The translations under genes and the position numbers were made by a program. DNA of 49,257 bases from Ferruginibacter sp. GTDB taxonomy: Bacteria > Bacteroidota > Bacteroidia > Chitinophagales > Chitinophagaceae. The DNA lies in NCBI GenBank assembly GCA_031385805.1, contig JANNBU010000375.1, positions 1 through 49,257 on the forward strand, read 5' to 3'. Shown here one piece after another: positions 17,394-27,254 of the stretch (its first letter is position 1; every line of letters begins with the position of its first letter). The notes under the pieces are model-generated. The model was not told the origin of the DNA. It did not search any database and saw only the letters and a list, made by a program, of their open reading frames with translations.

Positions 17394-18789
17394 GCCCGAT
17401 CTCAGAATGACGTTCAGGAATTTCCACATCTAAAAATCCCTTTCTTATCAGCCTTTGTTGAAAATCCTGTTGCACCGGGTATTCACCATGAACAAGAAAA
17501 AGTTTTTTAACCTGCCTTGGATCCTGGCAGGAAAGGAACTGCGCCAAATCATCATAATCACCATGAGCACTCATGCTGCGCATCTCCCCTATCTCAGCAT
17601 TCACTTCATGGGGTTGCCCAAATATTCCAACTTCTTTTGGATGAAGTTTCAACCTTCCTCCAAGTGAACGTGGTTCGCAATAACCTGTAAGCACAATTGA
17701 ATTGCGGCTATTCTCAATATCATTACTGATATGATGTTTTACCCTTCCTGCTTCTGCCATTCCGCTTGCTGAAATAATTACACAAGGGTCTTTCTTATAA
17801 TTGAGTAATTTGGATTCTTCCACTGATTTGATAAATTTCAATCCTTTAAATCCAAACGGATCCTGGTCGCTTAATAATACTTTTTGAATGCGTGCATTAA
17901 AATATTGCGGGTAACTTTTTACGATCTCTGTTGCTTTTATGCTCAGCGGACTGTCAACAAAATATTCCAATGCCGGTAAACGATTTTCCAGTTCTAATTG
18001 ATTGAGTGCATATAAGATCTCCTGTGTACGCCCAACGCTGAATGCAGGTAAAATGAGTTTACCTTTTTTCTCCAGGCAGGTATGCTGGATCCATTTTAAC
18101 AATGCATCGGGGGTTGGATTGTGTTCATCATGCAGACTATTGCCATAAGTTGATTCAAGAATAATATAATCTGCCTGGCCAAATGTGGCGGGAGATTTTA
18201 AAATAATGTCGCGGTATCTTCCCACATCACCGCTGAAAGTTATGTGCGTTACTTTTCCTTTGTCTGTGATCCGCAGGTTCACTACAGCGCTGCCGATAAT
18301 GTGACCGGCATCTGTATAAGAAAATTCCAGGCCTTCTTCTATCTTATACCATTTTTCATATTCAACTTCTACAAAATGATCCACGGCAGCCAATGCATCT
18401 TCGGTTGTATATAAAGGTTGCAAATAAGGCAGGCCCTGCAATCCCCTTCTTTTGTTCTCAAATTTTATATCGTTCTCTTGTATACCCGCCGAATCTTCCA
18501 TCAGTACTGCAGCCAGATCTTTTGTTGCTGGTGTGGCGTACACTTTTCCTTTGTACCCGTCTTTAATTAATTTAGGTATCAGGCCACAATGATCAATGTG
18601 TGCATGGGAAAGAATCATGTAATCAACAGCAGCAGGATCAAAACCAAATTCACGGTTAAGTTGATTGGTCTGGTCGCCCATACCCTGGAACATACCGCAA
18701 TCAAGTAATAATTTTTTTCCGTTGCTTAATGTAAGTAAATGTTTAGAACCGGTAACAGTTCTTGCGGCGCCGTGGAATGCTATTTTCAT
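17386..18789 (-). CDS. MBL-fold beta-CASP metallo-hydrolase (RNA-processing type)
   Basis: LDCG, SHAHIDHCG, AGHIIGS, FSGD, ESTYG, AFSVGRTQE, SAH.D, VHGE. Confidence 0.92.
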   Translation of the reverse strand: MKIAFHGAARTVTGSKHLLTLSNGKKLLLDCGMFQGMGDQTNQLNREFGFDPAAVDYMILSHAHIDHCGLIPKLIKDGYKGKVYATPATKDLAAVLMEDSAGIQENDIKFENKRRGLQGLPYLQPLYTTEDALAAVDHFVEVEYEKWYKIEEGLEFSYTDAGHIIGSAVVNLRITDKGKVTHITFSGDVGRYRDIILKSPATFGQADYIILESTYGNSLHDEHNPTPDALLKWIQHTCLEKKGKLILPAFSVGRTQEILYALNQLELENRLPALEYFVDSPLSIKATEIVKSYPQYFNARIQKVLLSDQDPFGFKGLKFIKSVEESKLLNYKKDPCVIISASGMAEAGRVKHHISNDIENSRNSIVLTGYCEPRSLGGRLKLHPKEVGIFGQPHEVNAEIGEMRSMSAHGDYDDLAQFLSCQDPRQVKKLFLVHGEYPVQQDFQQRLIRKGFLDVEIPERHSEIGLT

Positions 18790-18796
18790 TTTTATC

Positions 18797-18894
18797 GTTT
18801 AAAGGTTTAAATCGTTTAAGGTTTAAAGGTTGGCTGAATTAATAAATAAGTTTCCGATCAAAGGTTTAACCATTAAACCCTTAAACTTTTAAAC
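18797..18894. repeat. Inverted short-tandem-repeat element (GTTTAA / TTAAAC units)
   Basis: GTTTAAAG GTTTAAATC GTTTAAG GTTTAAAG ... TTAACCA TTAAACCC TTAAACTT TTAAAC. Confidence 0.85.
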
Positions 18895-20061
18895 GCTTAC
18901 CGCCAACCACGCCATCATTCCCATCCCCTTTTCAATAGCTCTTTCATCAATATTAAAAGTAGCTGTATGTACATTACTGGTGATATTCTTTTCTTTATTT
19001 CCTGCACCCAGCCTGAAAAAACAGCCGGGTATCTTATGAGAATAATAGGCAAAATCCTCAGCACCCATTCGCAATTCTGTTTCTTCTACATTTTCTTTTC
19101 CTGCATATAGTATAGCATTTTCCTTAGCCTGGTCAGATAATATTTCATCGTTTAAAACAAAGGGATAACCTACATCAATTTTTATTTCAGCTTCTGCTCC
19201 CATAGCAGCTACTAATTCTTTTGTTTGTTTGATGATGAGTTTGTGTGCTTTAAAACGCCATTCCTCATTCATTGCCCTGAAAGTACCCATCAGCTTTACT
19301 TCAGAAGGGATCACATTGGTTGTATTACCTCCCTGCACAGAAGTAATGGACAATACAGATGGATTGAACGGATTGTTATTCCTGCTTACGATCTGCTGCA
19401 GACTGATGATGAGATGTGATGCGATTAAAATAGTATCGGCTGTAAATTGAGGTGCGGCTGCATGTCCGCCCTTACCCTTAATGGTTATGTATATCTCATC
19501 GGCACTTGCCATTACCATTCCTCCCCTGAAACTGAATTTACCAACTTCCAATCCGGGGTGAACATGCAAAGCAAATATCTTTTGTGGGGCAGGGTTTTCC
19601 AACACACCTTCTTTAATAAGTAAACTGGCGCCACCGGGATTTTTTTCTTCTCCCGGTTGAAAGATCAGTTTTACTGTTCCTTCCCATTCATCTTTCAATT
19701 CATTTAGAATTTTTGCTGCACCGAGAAGACAGGTCGTATGTACATCATGTCCGCATGCATGCATGACTCCATTATTCTTCGACTTATATACAACATCATT
19801 TGCTTCGGTAATGGGCAGTGCATCCATATCAGCCCTCAATGCAATTATTTTCTTAGAAGGATTTTTGCCTTTTATCAACCCGATGACACCTGTTGTTGCT
19901 TTAACTTCAAAAGGAATTTTCCAGGCACTTAATTTTTGTTGTATGAATTTTGAAGTTTCAAATTCCTCGTAACTCAATTCAGGATTTGCATGTATATGAT
20001 GACGGACCTCAATAAACTCAGTGGAATAATCAGCAGCTAATTTCTTAATTTTTTCAAGCAT
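18889..20061 (-). CDS. M20D family amidohydrolase
   Basis: H.NPELS.EE, LRADMDALP, MHACGHD.H, FQPGEE, GKGGHAA, AEDF. Confidence 0.93.
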   Translation of the reverse strand: MLEKIKKLAADYSTEFIEVRHHIHANPELSYEEFETSKFIQQKLSAWKIPFEVKATTGVIGLIKGKNPSKKIIALRADMDALPITEANDVVYKSKNNGVMHACGHDVHTTCLLGAAKILNELKDEWEGTVKLIFQPGEEKNPGGASLLIKEGVLENPAPQKIFALHVHPGLEVGKFSFRGGMVMASADEIYITIKGKGGHAAAPQFTADTILIASHLIISLQQIVSRNNNPFNPSVLSITSVQGGNTTNVIPSEVKLMGTFRAMNEEWRFKAHKLIIKQTKELVAAMGAEAEIKIDVGYPFVLNDEILSDQAKENAILYAGKENVEETELRMGAEDFAYYSHKIPGCFFRLGAGNKEKNITSNVHTATFNIDERAIEKGMGMMAWLAVSV

Positions 20062-20068
20062 AAAGCAA

Positions 20069-20174
20069 GTTTAGTATGTTTAGAAGAGTTTAGAAAGTTT
20101 AGGCGTGATGATTAAAGATTGATCGCAATGATATGGCATTTTTCTAAACCTCTAAACCATCTAAACTTCTAAAT
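20069..20174. repeat. Inverted short-tandem-repeat element (9-nt GTTTAG / CTAAAC units)
   Basis: GTTTAGTAT GTTTAGAAGA GTTTAGAAA GTTTAGG ... CTAAACCT CTAAACCAT CTAAACTT CTAAAT. Confidence 0.85.
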
Positions 20175-20180
20175 CCGGCC

Positions 20181-20642
20181 TTATTGTTGTTCTTCTATTT
20201 GATTAAGTTTATCTGCTTTTACATCAACGATCTCAGGAACTATATAAATATTACTGTTAATTATTTTGGCAGCGTTTATCTGTTTGCGATAATCTTCTGC
20301 TTCTTTCCTGTCGAGGAAATTACCAAACTTCAATTTTATATAAGGAGATTGAAAGATCATATAAATAGACTGATCGGGAAACAGTTGTAATAATTGAGAT
20401 CGCACCTGCAATGCCTTTGTCCTGTCATTGGTACTTAAAAGCATGAGGCGGTATCCCTTTGTGCTGTGTAGTTTGCTGGCAAGGCTTTCGTTGTACTCGG
20501 CCATTTTTTTTCCCAGGGTTTCGATCCGGGGATCTTTGTTTAGGGTTACTGTTCCTATAGTTGAACTGTCGGCAATACTATTTTGTGCCCAAACAGAAAC
20601 CATGAAAACATTAAACAACAAAACCAGGAATAGTTTTTTCAT
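20181..20642 (-). CDS. Secreted SPOR-domain-like protein
   Basis: Signal peptide; GYRL..., FQSPY.KL.FGNF..R.EAE. Confidence 0.75.
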   Translation of the reverse strand: MKKLFLVLLFNVFMVSVWAQNSIADSSTIGTVTLNKDPRIETLGKKMAEYNESLASKLHSTKGYRLMLLSTNDRTKALQVRSQLLQLFPDQSIYMIFQSPYIKLKFGNFLDRKEAEDYRKQINAAKIINSNIYIVPEIVDVKADKLNQIEEQQ

Positions 20643-20685
20643 CCGTATATTTTTTCAAATATATTCATTTTCAAATATCGTTCCA

Positions 20686-21348
20686 TCAATTTAACACAGC
20701 AGCTTCTTTAACTATTTGTATGCCATTGTCAGGACTGATACAATCAGCCCCTGCATCCAATAATAGTTTTGCAGCATTATATGTATGAATAGATCCACTT
20801 GCATTGATCTTTATTGCATCTGCCAGGTGCTTACGCAATAATTTTACCGATTCAACAGTAGCTCTATTTTCAGCAAAACCGGTAGATGTTTTTATAATAT
20901 CTATCCCCGCAGCCCCGTAGATATCACAACAGGTTATTATTTCATTATCATTCAATAACCCGGTTTCGAGTATCAGTTTCATGACTCTTCCCTTGCTTTT
21001 CACAACCTGCATGATGGTATTGATCTCTTTGGCAAGGAATTGCCAATCGCCATTTTTAAGTGCTGCAATATTAATGACCATGTCTATTTCATCTGCTCCA
21101 TCAACAATGGCAAGTACCGTTTCTGCAAGTTTGGCTTCAATGGCGCTATAGCCAAAAGGAAAACCGGTTACAGTTGCAATTTTTATGGTACTGCCATTTA
21201 ATAACACTTTTGCTTTTTTTACAAATAAAGGAGGGATACATATTGCCCTGAATCCATATTCCTTTGCTTCACTGCAAATGTTTTCTATATCGGCAATGGT
21301 TGTTGTTGGTTTTAAAAAGCTATGATCTATTAATGAAGCAATATTCAT
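20686..21348 (-). CDS. deoC: Deoxyribose-phosphate aldolase (divergent C-terminal motifs)
   Basis: IDH..LKP, GFPFG, GADEIDMV, KLILET, KTSTGF; start at ATG 21348. Confidence 0.88.
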   Translation of the reverse strand: MNIASLIDHSFLKPTTTIADIENICSEAKEYGFRAICIPPLFVKKAKVLLNGSTIKIATVTGFPFGYSAIEAKLAETVLAIVDGADEIDMVINIAALKNGDWQFLAKEINTIMQVVKSKGRVMKLILETGLLNDNEIITCCDIYGAAGIDIIKTSTGFAENRATVESVKLLRKHLADAIKINASGSIHTYNAAKLLLDAGADCISPDNGIQIVKEAAVLN

Positions 21349-21400
21349 GGGCAAAAATAAACAAAGAGATTTTATTGGAGTGAACATTTGTTCTTTTCTG

Positions 21401-21447
21401 AGCGCCGTCGAGTTTCTCCTGAGGAACGAAAGGTCACTCTCTTGTGC
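21401..21447 (-). repeat. Dispersed 47-bp repeat, copy 2
   Basis: Reverse complement matches 3766-3812 at 39/47. Confidence 0.8.
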
Positions 21448-21465
21448 GGCAAATCGTTATTCAAC

Positions 21466-21503
21466 TTTTTTATGGTCAGACGAGGACGTCAGACCATAAA
21501 AAA
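21466..21503. repeat. REP-like palindrome
   Basis: TTTTTTATGGTC-AGACGAGGACGTCA-GACCATAAAAAA. Confidence 0.7.
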
Positions 21504-21525
21504 GCATCCACTTTCATGAATGCTC
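21498..21525 (-). terminator. Intrinsic terminator of secA
   Basis: Minus strand GCATTCAT-GAAA-GTGGATGC-TTTTTT. Confidence 0.65.
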
Positions 21526-21544
21526 AATTATTAATTTTTAATTA

Positions 21545-24500
21545 TCAGCTGTCTTTCCCATGACACTGCTTAAACTTCTTCCCGCTACCGCAAGGACAAG
21601 GATCGTTTCGCCCAATCTTTGGTTCAACCCTTACAGGTGCCTGCTTAACAGGTGTTGAAGGATCAAAATAATCATTTTCATTCGCAGCATAATCACTTCC
21701 TGCGGCATCTACCTGTGTTTTATTGGCATTCATTTTACTCATATCAGTTTTCTTCTCCCTGCCTTCTTTTATCTGGCCTGGCTGTGTTTGCTCAACCGGT
21801 ATCTGCGCATGACATAAGAAACTTACAATCGATTTATTTACTTCATCATCCATTTGTTTGAATGCGTTATATGCTTCGATCTTATAGATCACCAACGGAT
21901 CTTTTTGCTCGTAACCTGCAGTTTGCACACTTTGCCTCAGGTCATCCATCGCACGTAAATGTTCTTTCCATGCATCATCGATCATAGCGAGTGCAATGCT
22001 GCGTTCCAGTGACCGGCCCAATTCCTGCCCTTCTGATTCAAAAAATTTGTCAAGGTTTGCCAATGCCTGTATCCCTTTCTTTCCATCCGTAAAAGGAACG
22101 GCAACATTCTCAATATGATTGCCTTGTTCTTTACGGATATTTTTTATGATGGGCATTGTTTGTGCAATGATGGCCTTTGTCTTGTTACTATAATTACTGA
22201 TGGTTTCTGCGTACAAACGTTCTGTAAGCGTATTGATATCATCTTTTTCAAGTTCTTCCCCAGTGATCGTTGTATCAACAGCAAAATTCAATATCACGGC
22301 CAGTTTAAACCCTTCATGGTCATTTGCTTCCTTATAATTAAATACCAATCCGTCTGCAACAGAAAAGAATGCATTATCCAAATCAAGGGCAAGCCTTTCG
22401 CCAAACAAAGCATGATTCCTTTTTCCATAAACAACATTACGTTGCTTATTCATAACGTCATCATATTCGAGCAGGCGTTTGCGTATGCCAAAGTTATTTT
22501 CCTCTACTTTTTTCTGGGCCCTTTCAATACTTTTGGTGATCATGCTGTGCTGGATCACTTCACCTTCTTTATAACCCATTCGATCCATGAGGCTGGCAAT
22601 ACGTTCGCTGCCGAACATACGCATCAGATCATCTTCCAGCGAAACAAAGAAAGTAGAAGTTCCCGGATCTCCCTGGCGGCCGGCCCTGCCACGCAACTGC
22701 CTGTCAACACGACGACTCTCATGGCGCTCTGTACCAACGATGGCAAGCCCACCTGCTTCTTTTACACCCGGCCCGAGTTTAATATCTGTACCACGACCAG
22801 CCATATTGGTTGCAATGGTCACCGCTCCCGCAAAACCTGCTTCAGCTACCACCTGTGCTTCCTTTGAGTGCTGTTTTGCATTCAATACATTGTGTGGAAT
22901 ATTTTTTTGCTTCAGCATCCTGCTCAGCAATTCACTGATCTCAACCGAAGTTGTACCAACAAGTGTTGGCCTTCCTGCATTACGCAATCTTTCTATTTCA
23001 TCTATTACAGCTTTGTATTTTTCCCGCTTGGTCTTATAAACCATATCCTGGTCATCCTTACGTATCACATTTACATTGGTAGGAATGGTAACCACATCTA
23101 ATTTATAAATGCTCCAGAGTTCTGCTGCTTCTGTTTCGGCAGTACCGGTCATACCCGCCAACTTGTGGTACATCCTGAAATAATTCTGCAGGGTAACGGT
23201 AGCGTATGTCTGCGTAGATGCTTCTATCTTACAATTCTCTTTTGCTTCAATGGCCTGGTGCAATCCATCCGAATACCTTCTGCCATCCAGTATACGGCCG
23301 GTTTGTTCATCAACGATCTTAACAGCCTCGTCCATCACAACATACTCAACATCTTTTTCAAATAAAGTATATGCTTTTAATAATTGCTGTACGGTATGAA
23401 TCCTTTCTGCTTTGGAAGAATATTCATTTATTAAGTTTTCTTTCCTGTGAAGTTTTTCATCTGCTGCAAGATCTGTTCTTTCTATCTCAGCTAATTTTGT
23501 AGAAATATCCGGCAGTATAAAGAATTCAGGATCTTCACCGCTCTTTGTAATTAAATTAATTCCTTTATCAGTTAATTCAACCTGGTTGTTCTTTTCATCT
23601 ATATTGAAAAAAAGTTCAGCATCTACTTTCGGCATTTCTTTTTGCTGATCTGCCAGGTAATAGTTCTCACTTTTCTGGAGCTTGACCCGCATACCGGGTT
23701 CACTCAGGAATTTTATCAAAGCACTGTTCTTTGGCAAACCACGGTGGGCACGCATCAGGGCAAGTCCGCCGTCCTTGGGGTCGTCATTACCTTCTGCAAT
23801 TTTTTTCTTTGCTTCTATCAGGTATTGATTGGTGGCTTTTTTCTGTGCTTCAACCAATTTTTCGATCCTTGGTTTAAGATCAAAGAATAATTGTGTGTTA
23901 TCTCTATGACCGATAGGGCCACTTATAATTAAAGGTGTACGGGCATCATCGATCAATACGCTATCCACCTCATCCACCATGGCAAAATGATGTTTGCGTT
24001 GTACCATTTCATCGGGTGTATGCACCATATTATCCCTCAGGTAATCGAAACCAAATTCATTGTTGGTGCCATAAACAATATCAGAATTGTATGCACTGCG
24101 ACGGGCATCGCTGTTTGGTTCATGCTTGTCAATACAATCAACTTTCAAACCAAGCCATTCGAAAATGGGGCCGTTCCATTCACTATCCCTGCGGGCTAAA
24201 TAATCATTCACTGTAACGATGTGAACACCTTCTCCCGCCAATGCATTCAGGTATGCAGGCAGCGTACTCACCAGGGTTTTACCTTCACCTGTTGCCATCT
24301 CGGCAATTTTTCCTGAATGCAAAACCGCACCACCGATCAACTGTACATCATAATGCACCATATTCCACACAACAGTAGTTCCGCCTGCAATCCATGCATT
24401 TTTATAGATGGCTTTATTCCCTTCAATAGTGATATTATTCTTTTTGATGGAAAGTTCCTTATCAAGTTCTGTTGCATCAGATTCCAATGTTTCATTTTCT

Positions 24501-24871
24501 TTGAAACGACGGCTGGTTTCTTTTACAACAGCAAAAGCTTCGGGTAAGATCTGTTCTAAAATTTCTTCGATCTTTTTATCGCAGTCTTTTTTTAGTGCAT
24601 CTACTTCTTTGTATATACCGTCGCGGCCACTGATCTCTTCCAGGGGCAATTCTTCGGCTTCCTTCTTCTTATTTTCGATCTCGGCATCCGTATCGGCTAA
24701 GTATGCTTTTATACGGCCACGAAATTCATTGGTTTTATTCCTCAGTTCATTGTTGGACAAGGAACTGTATTCCTTAAAATATTGATTGATCTTTTCAACC
24801 TGTGGTAAGATCTTCTTAACGTCCTTTTCGCTTTTATTGCCGCCGAATATCTTTGATATAATTCCTAACAT
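21545..24871 (-). CDS. secA: Preprotein translocase subunit SecA
   Basis: EMATGEGKT, VTVNDYLA.RD, DEVDSVLID, ATNMAGRGTDI, QLRGRAGRQGDPG, C-terminal GRNDPCPCGSGKKFKQCH. Confidence 0.99.
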   Translation of the reverse strand: MLGIISKIFGGNKSEKDVKKILPQVEKINQYFKEYSSLSNNELRNKTNEFRGRIKAYLADTDAEIENKKKEAEELPLEEISGRDGIYKEVDALKKDCDKKIEEILEQILPEAFAVVKETSRRFKENETLESDATELDKELSIKKNNITIEGNKAIYKNAWIAGGTTVVWNMVHYDVQLIGGAVLHSGKIAEMATGEGKTLVSTLPAYLNALAGEGVHIVTVNDYLARRDSEWNGPIFEWLGLKVDCIDKHEPNSDARRSAYNSDIVYGTNNEFGFDYLRDNMVHTPDEMVQRKHHFAMVDEVDSVLIDDARTPLIISGPIGHRDNTQLFFDLKPRIEKLVEAQKKATNQYLIEAKKKIAEGNDDPKDGGLALMRAHRGLPKNSALIKFLSEPGMRVKLQKSENYYLADQQKEMPKVDAELFFNIDEKNNQVELTDKGINLITKSGEDPEFFILPDISTKLAEIERTDLAADEKLHRKENLINEYSSKAERIHTVQQLLKAYTLFEKDVEYVVMDEAVKIVDEQTGRILDGRRYSDGLHQAIEAKENCKIEASTQTYATVTLQNYFRMYHKLAGMTGTAETEAAELWSIYKLDVVTIPTNVNVIRKDDQDMVYKTKREKYKAVIDEIERLRNAGRPTLVGTTSVEISELLSRMLKQKNIPHNVLNAKQHSKEAQVVAEAGFAGAVTIATNMAGRGTDIKLGPGVKEAGGLAIVGTERHESRRVDRQLRGRAGRQGDPGTSTFFVSLEDDLMRMFGSERIASLMDRMGYKEGEVIQHSMITKSIERAQKKVEENNFGIRKRLLEYDDVMNKQRNVVYGKRNHALFGERLALDLDNAFFSVADGLVFNYKEANDHEGFKLAVILNFAVDTTITGEELEKDDINTLTERLYAETISNYSNKTKAIIAQTMPIIKNIRKEQGNHIENVAVPFTDGKKGIQALANLDKFFESEGQELGRSLERSIALAMIDDAWKEHLRAMDDLRQSVQTAGYEQKDPLVIYKIEAYNAFKQMDDEVNKSIVSFLCHAQIPVEQTQPGQIKEGREKKTDMSKMNANKTQVDAAGSDYAANENDYFDPSTPVKQAPVRVEPKIGRNDPCPCGSGKKFKQCHGKDS

Positions 24872-24958
24872 AAGTTTCCTTTGATGAAAATGTTGTAAAA
24901 AATGCTATAATGTCAAATAGTATGCTATAACAGCCTGTTCGCCAAATTGACAGGGTGG

Positions 24959-24966
24959 CAAAGCTA
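24959..24966 (-). promoter_or_regulatory. -7 promoter box for secA
   Basis: Minus strand TAGCTTTG. Confidence 0.6.
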
Positions 24967-25360
24967 CGAAGAACTTTGTGAGTATGAATTGAGACAAATC
25001 CCAAATTTGAGACAAAGAATATTAGTCAAATACTCCTGATCTGTGAGTTTTTATTAGACCTGTTGGCTGTACTGCCTGCAAAGATTGTAGTATAATATTG
25101 ATACCTCGTTGAGTACTATAACTACACTTATTTAATTCCCATAACTACATGTAGAAAGATTAACGGAGAATACCTTTATCTTCTATAAGTTTTTAAATAA
25201 CGGACAGTTTTTAAAATTCTTTACAACCGAAGAAAAACCCCAAAAGTGAGCATGAACCTATGCTATTAGTATAAAAACCCGCTGAAAACGCGGGTTTTTG
25301 TAATTTAATTTTGGGATAAATTGTTCTTATCTTCTCCCTTGAATTTTAAGTCGATTGCCC

Positions 25361-25368
25361 TACCTTTG
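25361..25368 (+). promoter_or_regulatory. -7 promoter box for atpG
   Basis: TACCTTTG, 22 nt upstream of ATG 25391. Confidence 0.65.
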
Positions 25369-25390
25369 CCGCTTCAAAATTAAGACCAGT

Positions 25391-26272
25391 ATGAGCGGTG
25401 CATTAAAAGAAGTCAGGAACCGGATCAAAAGCGTACAAAGCACACAGCAGATCACCAAAGCCATGAAAATGGTAAGTGCTGCCAAACTACGCCGGGCGCA
25501 GGATGCCATCACCCAAATGCGGCCCTATGCTCAAAAACTGCAGGAAATGCTTAGTAATATTGTTAGCAGCAGCGATGGGAATGTATCCATGGAGCTGGCA
25601 ACGGAAAGAACGGTAGAAAAAGTGATGATCATCGTGGTAACCAGTGACCGTGGCCTTTGCGGTGGCTACAACAGCAATCTTATCAAACTAGCCAAACAAA
25701 CCATCCGGGAAAAATATCCAACCCAATCAGCCAAAGGAAATGTACAGGTATTACCGATCGGCAAGAAGGGATTTGAGCATTTCACAAAAAACGGGTTTAA
25801 AGTGGTGGATGCTTATTGGGATATATTCACCGGACTTAGTTTTGATAAAGTACAAGCCGCTGCAAAATATGCCATGAATGCCTTTGCTGCTAAAGAAGTA
25901 GATGCGATCGAAGTTATTTACAGTGAATTTAAAAATGCAGCAACACAGCATTTTATATCAGAACAGTTTTTGCCGGTTCAAAAAGTTGCTGAATCAGATA
26001 ATAAGAAAAAATCAGATTTTATTTTTGAACCAAACCAGGAAGTACTCATCACTGAACTGATGCCAAAGATTCTGAATACACAATTATATAAAGCCGTATT
26101 GGATGCAAATGCGAGTGAACATGGGGCAAGAATGACGGCGATGGACAAGGCAAGTGAGAATGCCAATGAATTATTAAAATCATTAAAAATAAGTTATAAC
26201 CGGGCAAGGCAGGCTGCAATTACGACAGAATTAACCGAAATTGTAAGTGGCGCAGCGGCATTGCAAGGGTAA
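25391..26272 (+). CDS. atpG: ATP synthase F1 gamma subunit
   Basis: ITKAMKMVSAAK, TSDRGLCG, SEHGARMTAM, YNRARQAAIT.EL.EIVSGA. Confidence 0.98.
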   Translation: MSGALKEVRNRIKSVQSTQQITKAMKMVSAAKLRRAQDAITQMRPYAQKLQEMLSNIVSSSDGNVSMELATERTVEKVMIIVVTSDRGLCGGYNSNLIKLAKQTIREKYPTQSAKGNVQVLPIGKKGFEHFTKNGFKVVDAYWDIFTGLSFDKVQAAAKYAMNAFAAKEVDAIEVIYSEFKNAATQHFISEQFLPVQKVAESDNKKKSDFIFEPNQEVLITELMPKILNTQLYKAVLDANASEHGARMTAMDKASENANELLKSLKISYNRARQAAITTELTEIVSGAAALQG

Positions 26273-26273
26273 A

Positions 26274-26370
26274 CCAATTTGGAAATAAATCAATTGGGAA
26301 ATTTGGAAATTGATTTATTTTTTCGGATTCTTACAGACCAATCATTTCCAAATCTCCAAATTAACACATT
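26274..26370. repeat. Inverted short-tandem-repeat element (AATTTGGAA / TTCCAAAT units)
   Basis: AATTTGGAA...AATTGGGAAATTTGGAAATTG ... CATTTCCAAATCTCCAAATT. Confidence 0.75.
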
Positions 26371-26381
26371 AGAAAATCAAC

Positions 26382-27167
26382 ATGGAACTTTCACAGATCA
26401 TACCACATATTGAAGCACTGATATTCGCCAGCGATAAACCGTTGACATCAGTTGAACTTACAGAACTCGTTAATACAGCGCTTGGTTTTATTGAAGACCG
26501 TGCCAGCCTCGACCAGGTAGAATCTGGTCTGGAAGGGATCAAAGAAAAATACAATTCGGAATTCTATGCTTTTGAATTGAAACAAAGCGGAGGCGGATGG
26601 CAATTCCTTACCAAACCAGAATTCCACAAAACAGTGGCATTGATCAATGCCGATAAATTCATCAAAAGGCTTTCTTCTGCTTCTTTGGAGACCCTTGCCA
26701 TCATTGCTTATAAACAACCGATCACCAAAAGCGAGATAGAATCTATCCGTGGTGTTAACTGCGATTATGCGGTACAGAAACTTTTGGAAAAAGACCTGGT
26801 CATCATATCCGGCAGGAATGAAAATGCCGTTGGTAAACCATTGCTCTACGCTACTTCAAAATCTTTCATGGATTATTTTGGCATCAACAGTGCCGATGAA
26901 TTGCCTAAGATAAGTGAAGTGTTGATGGAAGAAATGGTAAATGCAACTGTGGTAAGTGACCTTACTGAAAACACGGAAGATCATGATGCTGAAATGCCAG
27001 CCGGTATTCCAATTGAACAGGTACCTGTTTCCGAAGTAACGCTTGAAGAAGAGCCCGAAATTTCCGCTCCAACAGAGGAAACAGAAACGGCTGTATCTGC
27101 TGCTGAGATGGAAAGAAGAAAAAAACTGGTAACGACTGTAAAAGAAGATATTACCACTAAAGAATAA
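26382..27167 (+). CDS. scpB: SMC-Scp complex subunit ScpB
   Basis: IEALIFAS, LETLAIIAYKQPITK.EIE.IRGV, GKPLLY.T...F..YFG. Confidence 0.95.
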   Translation: MELSQIIPHIEALIFASDKPLTSVELTELVNTALGFIEDRASLDQVESGLEGIKEKYNSEFYAFELKQSGGGWQFLTKPEFHKTVALINADKFIKRLSSASLETLAIIAYKQPITKSEIESIRGVNCDYAVQKLLEKDLVIISGRNENAVGKPLLYATSKSFMDYFGINSADELPKISEVLMEEMVNATVVSDLTENTEDHDAEMPAGIPIEQVPVSEVTLEEEPEISAPTEETETAVSAAEMERRKKLVTTVKEDITTKE

Positions 27168-27254
27168 GCTGTTAATATCAGTTATAAAACCGCAACTTAT
27201 TACGCATGCTAAAATGGATGGTTTAGCATGCTGCATCCTTCGTATTTTCGCATA

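Noticed and set aside
22115-22867. 250-aa + strand ORF and other ORFs antisense to secA, gap, A2M and maeB
   Set aside because: Shadow frames of well-supported genes, with no recognisable motifs
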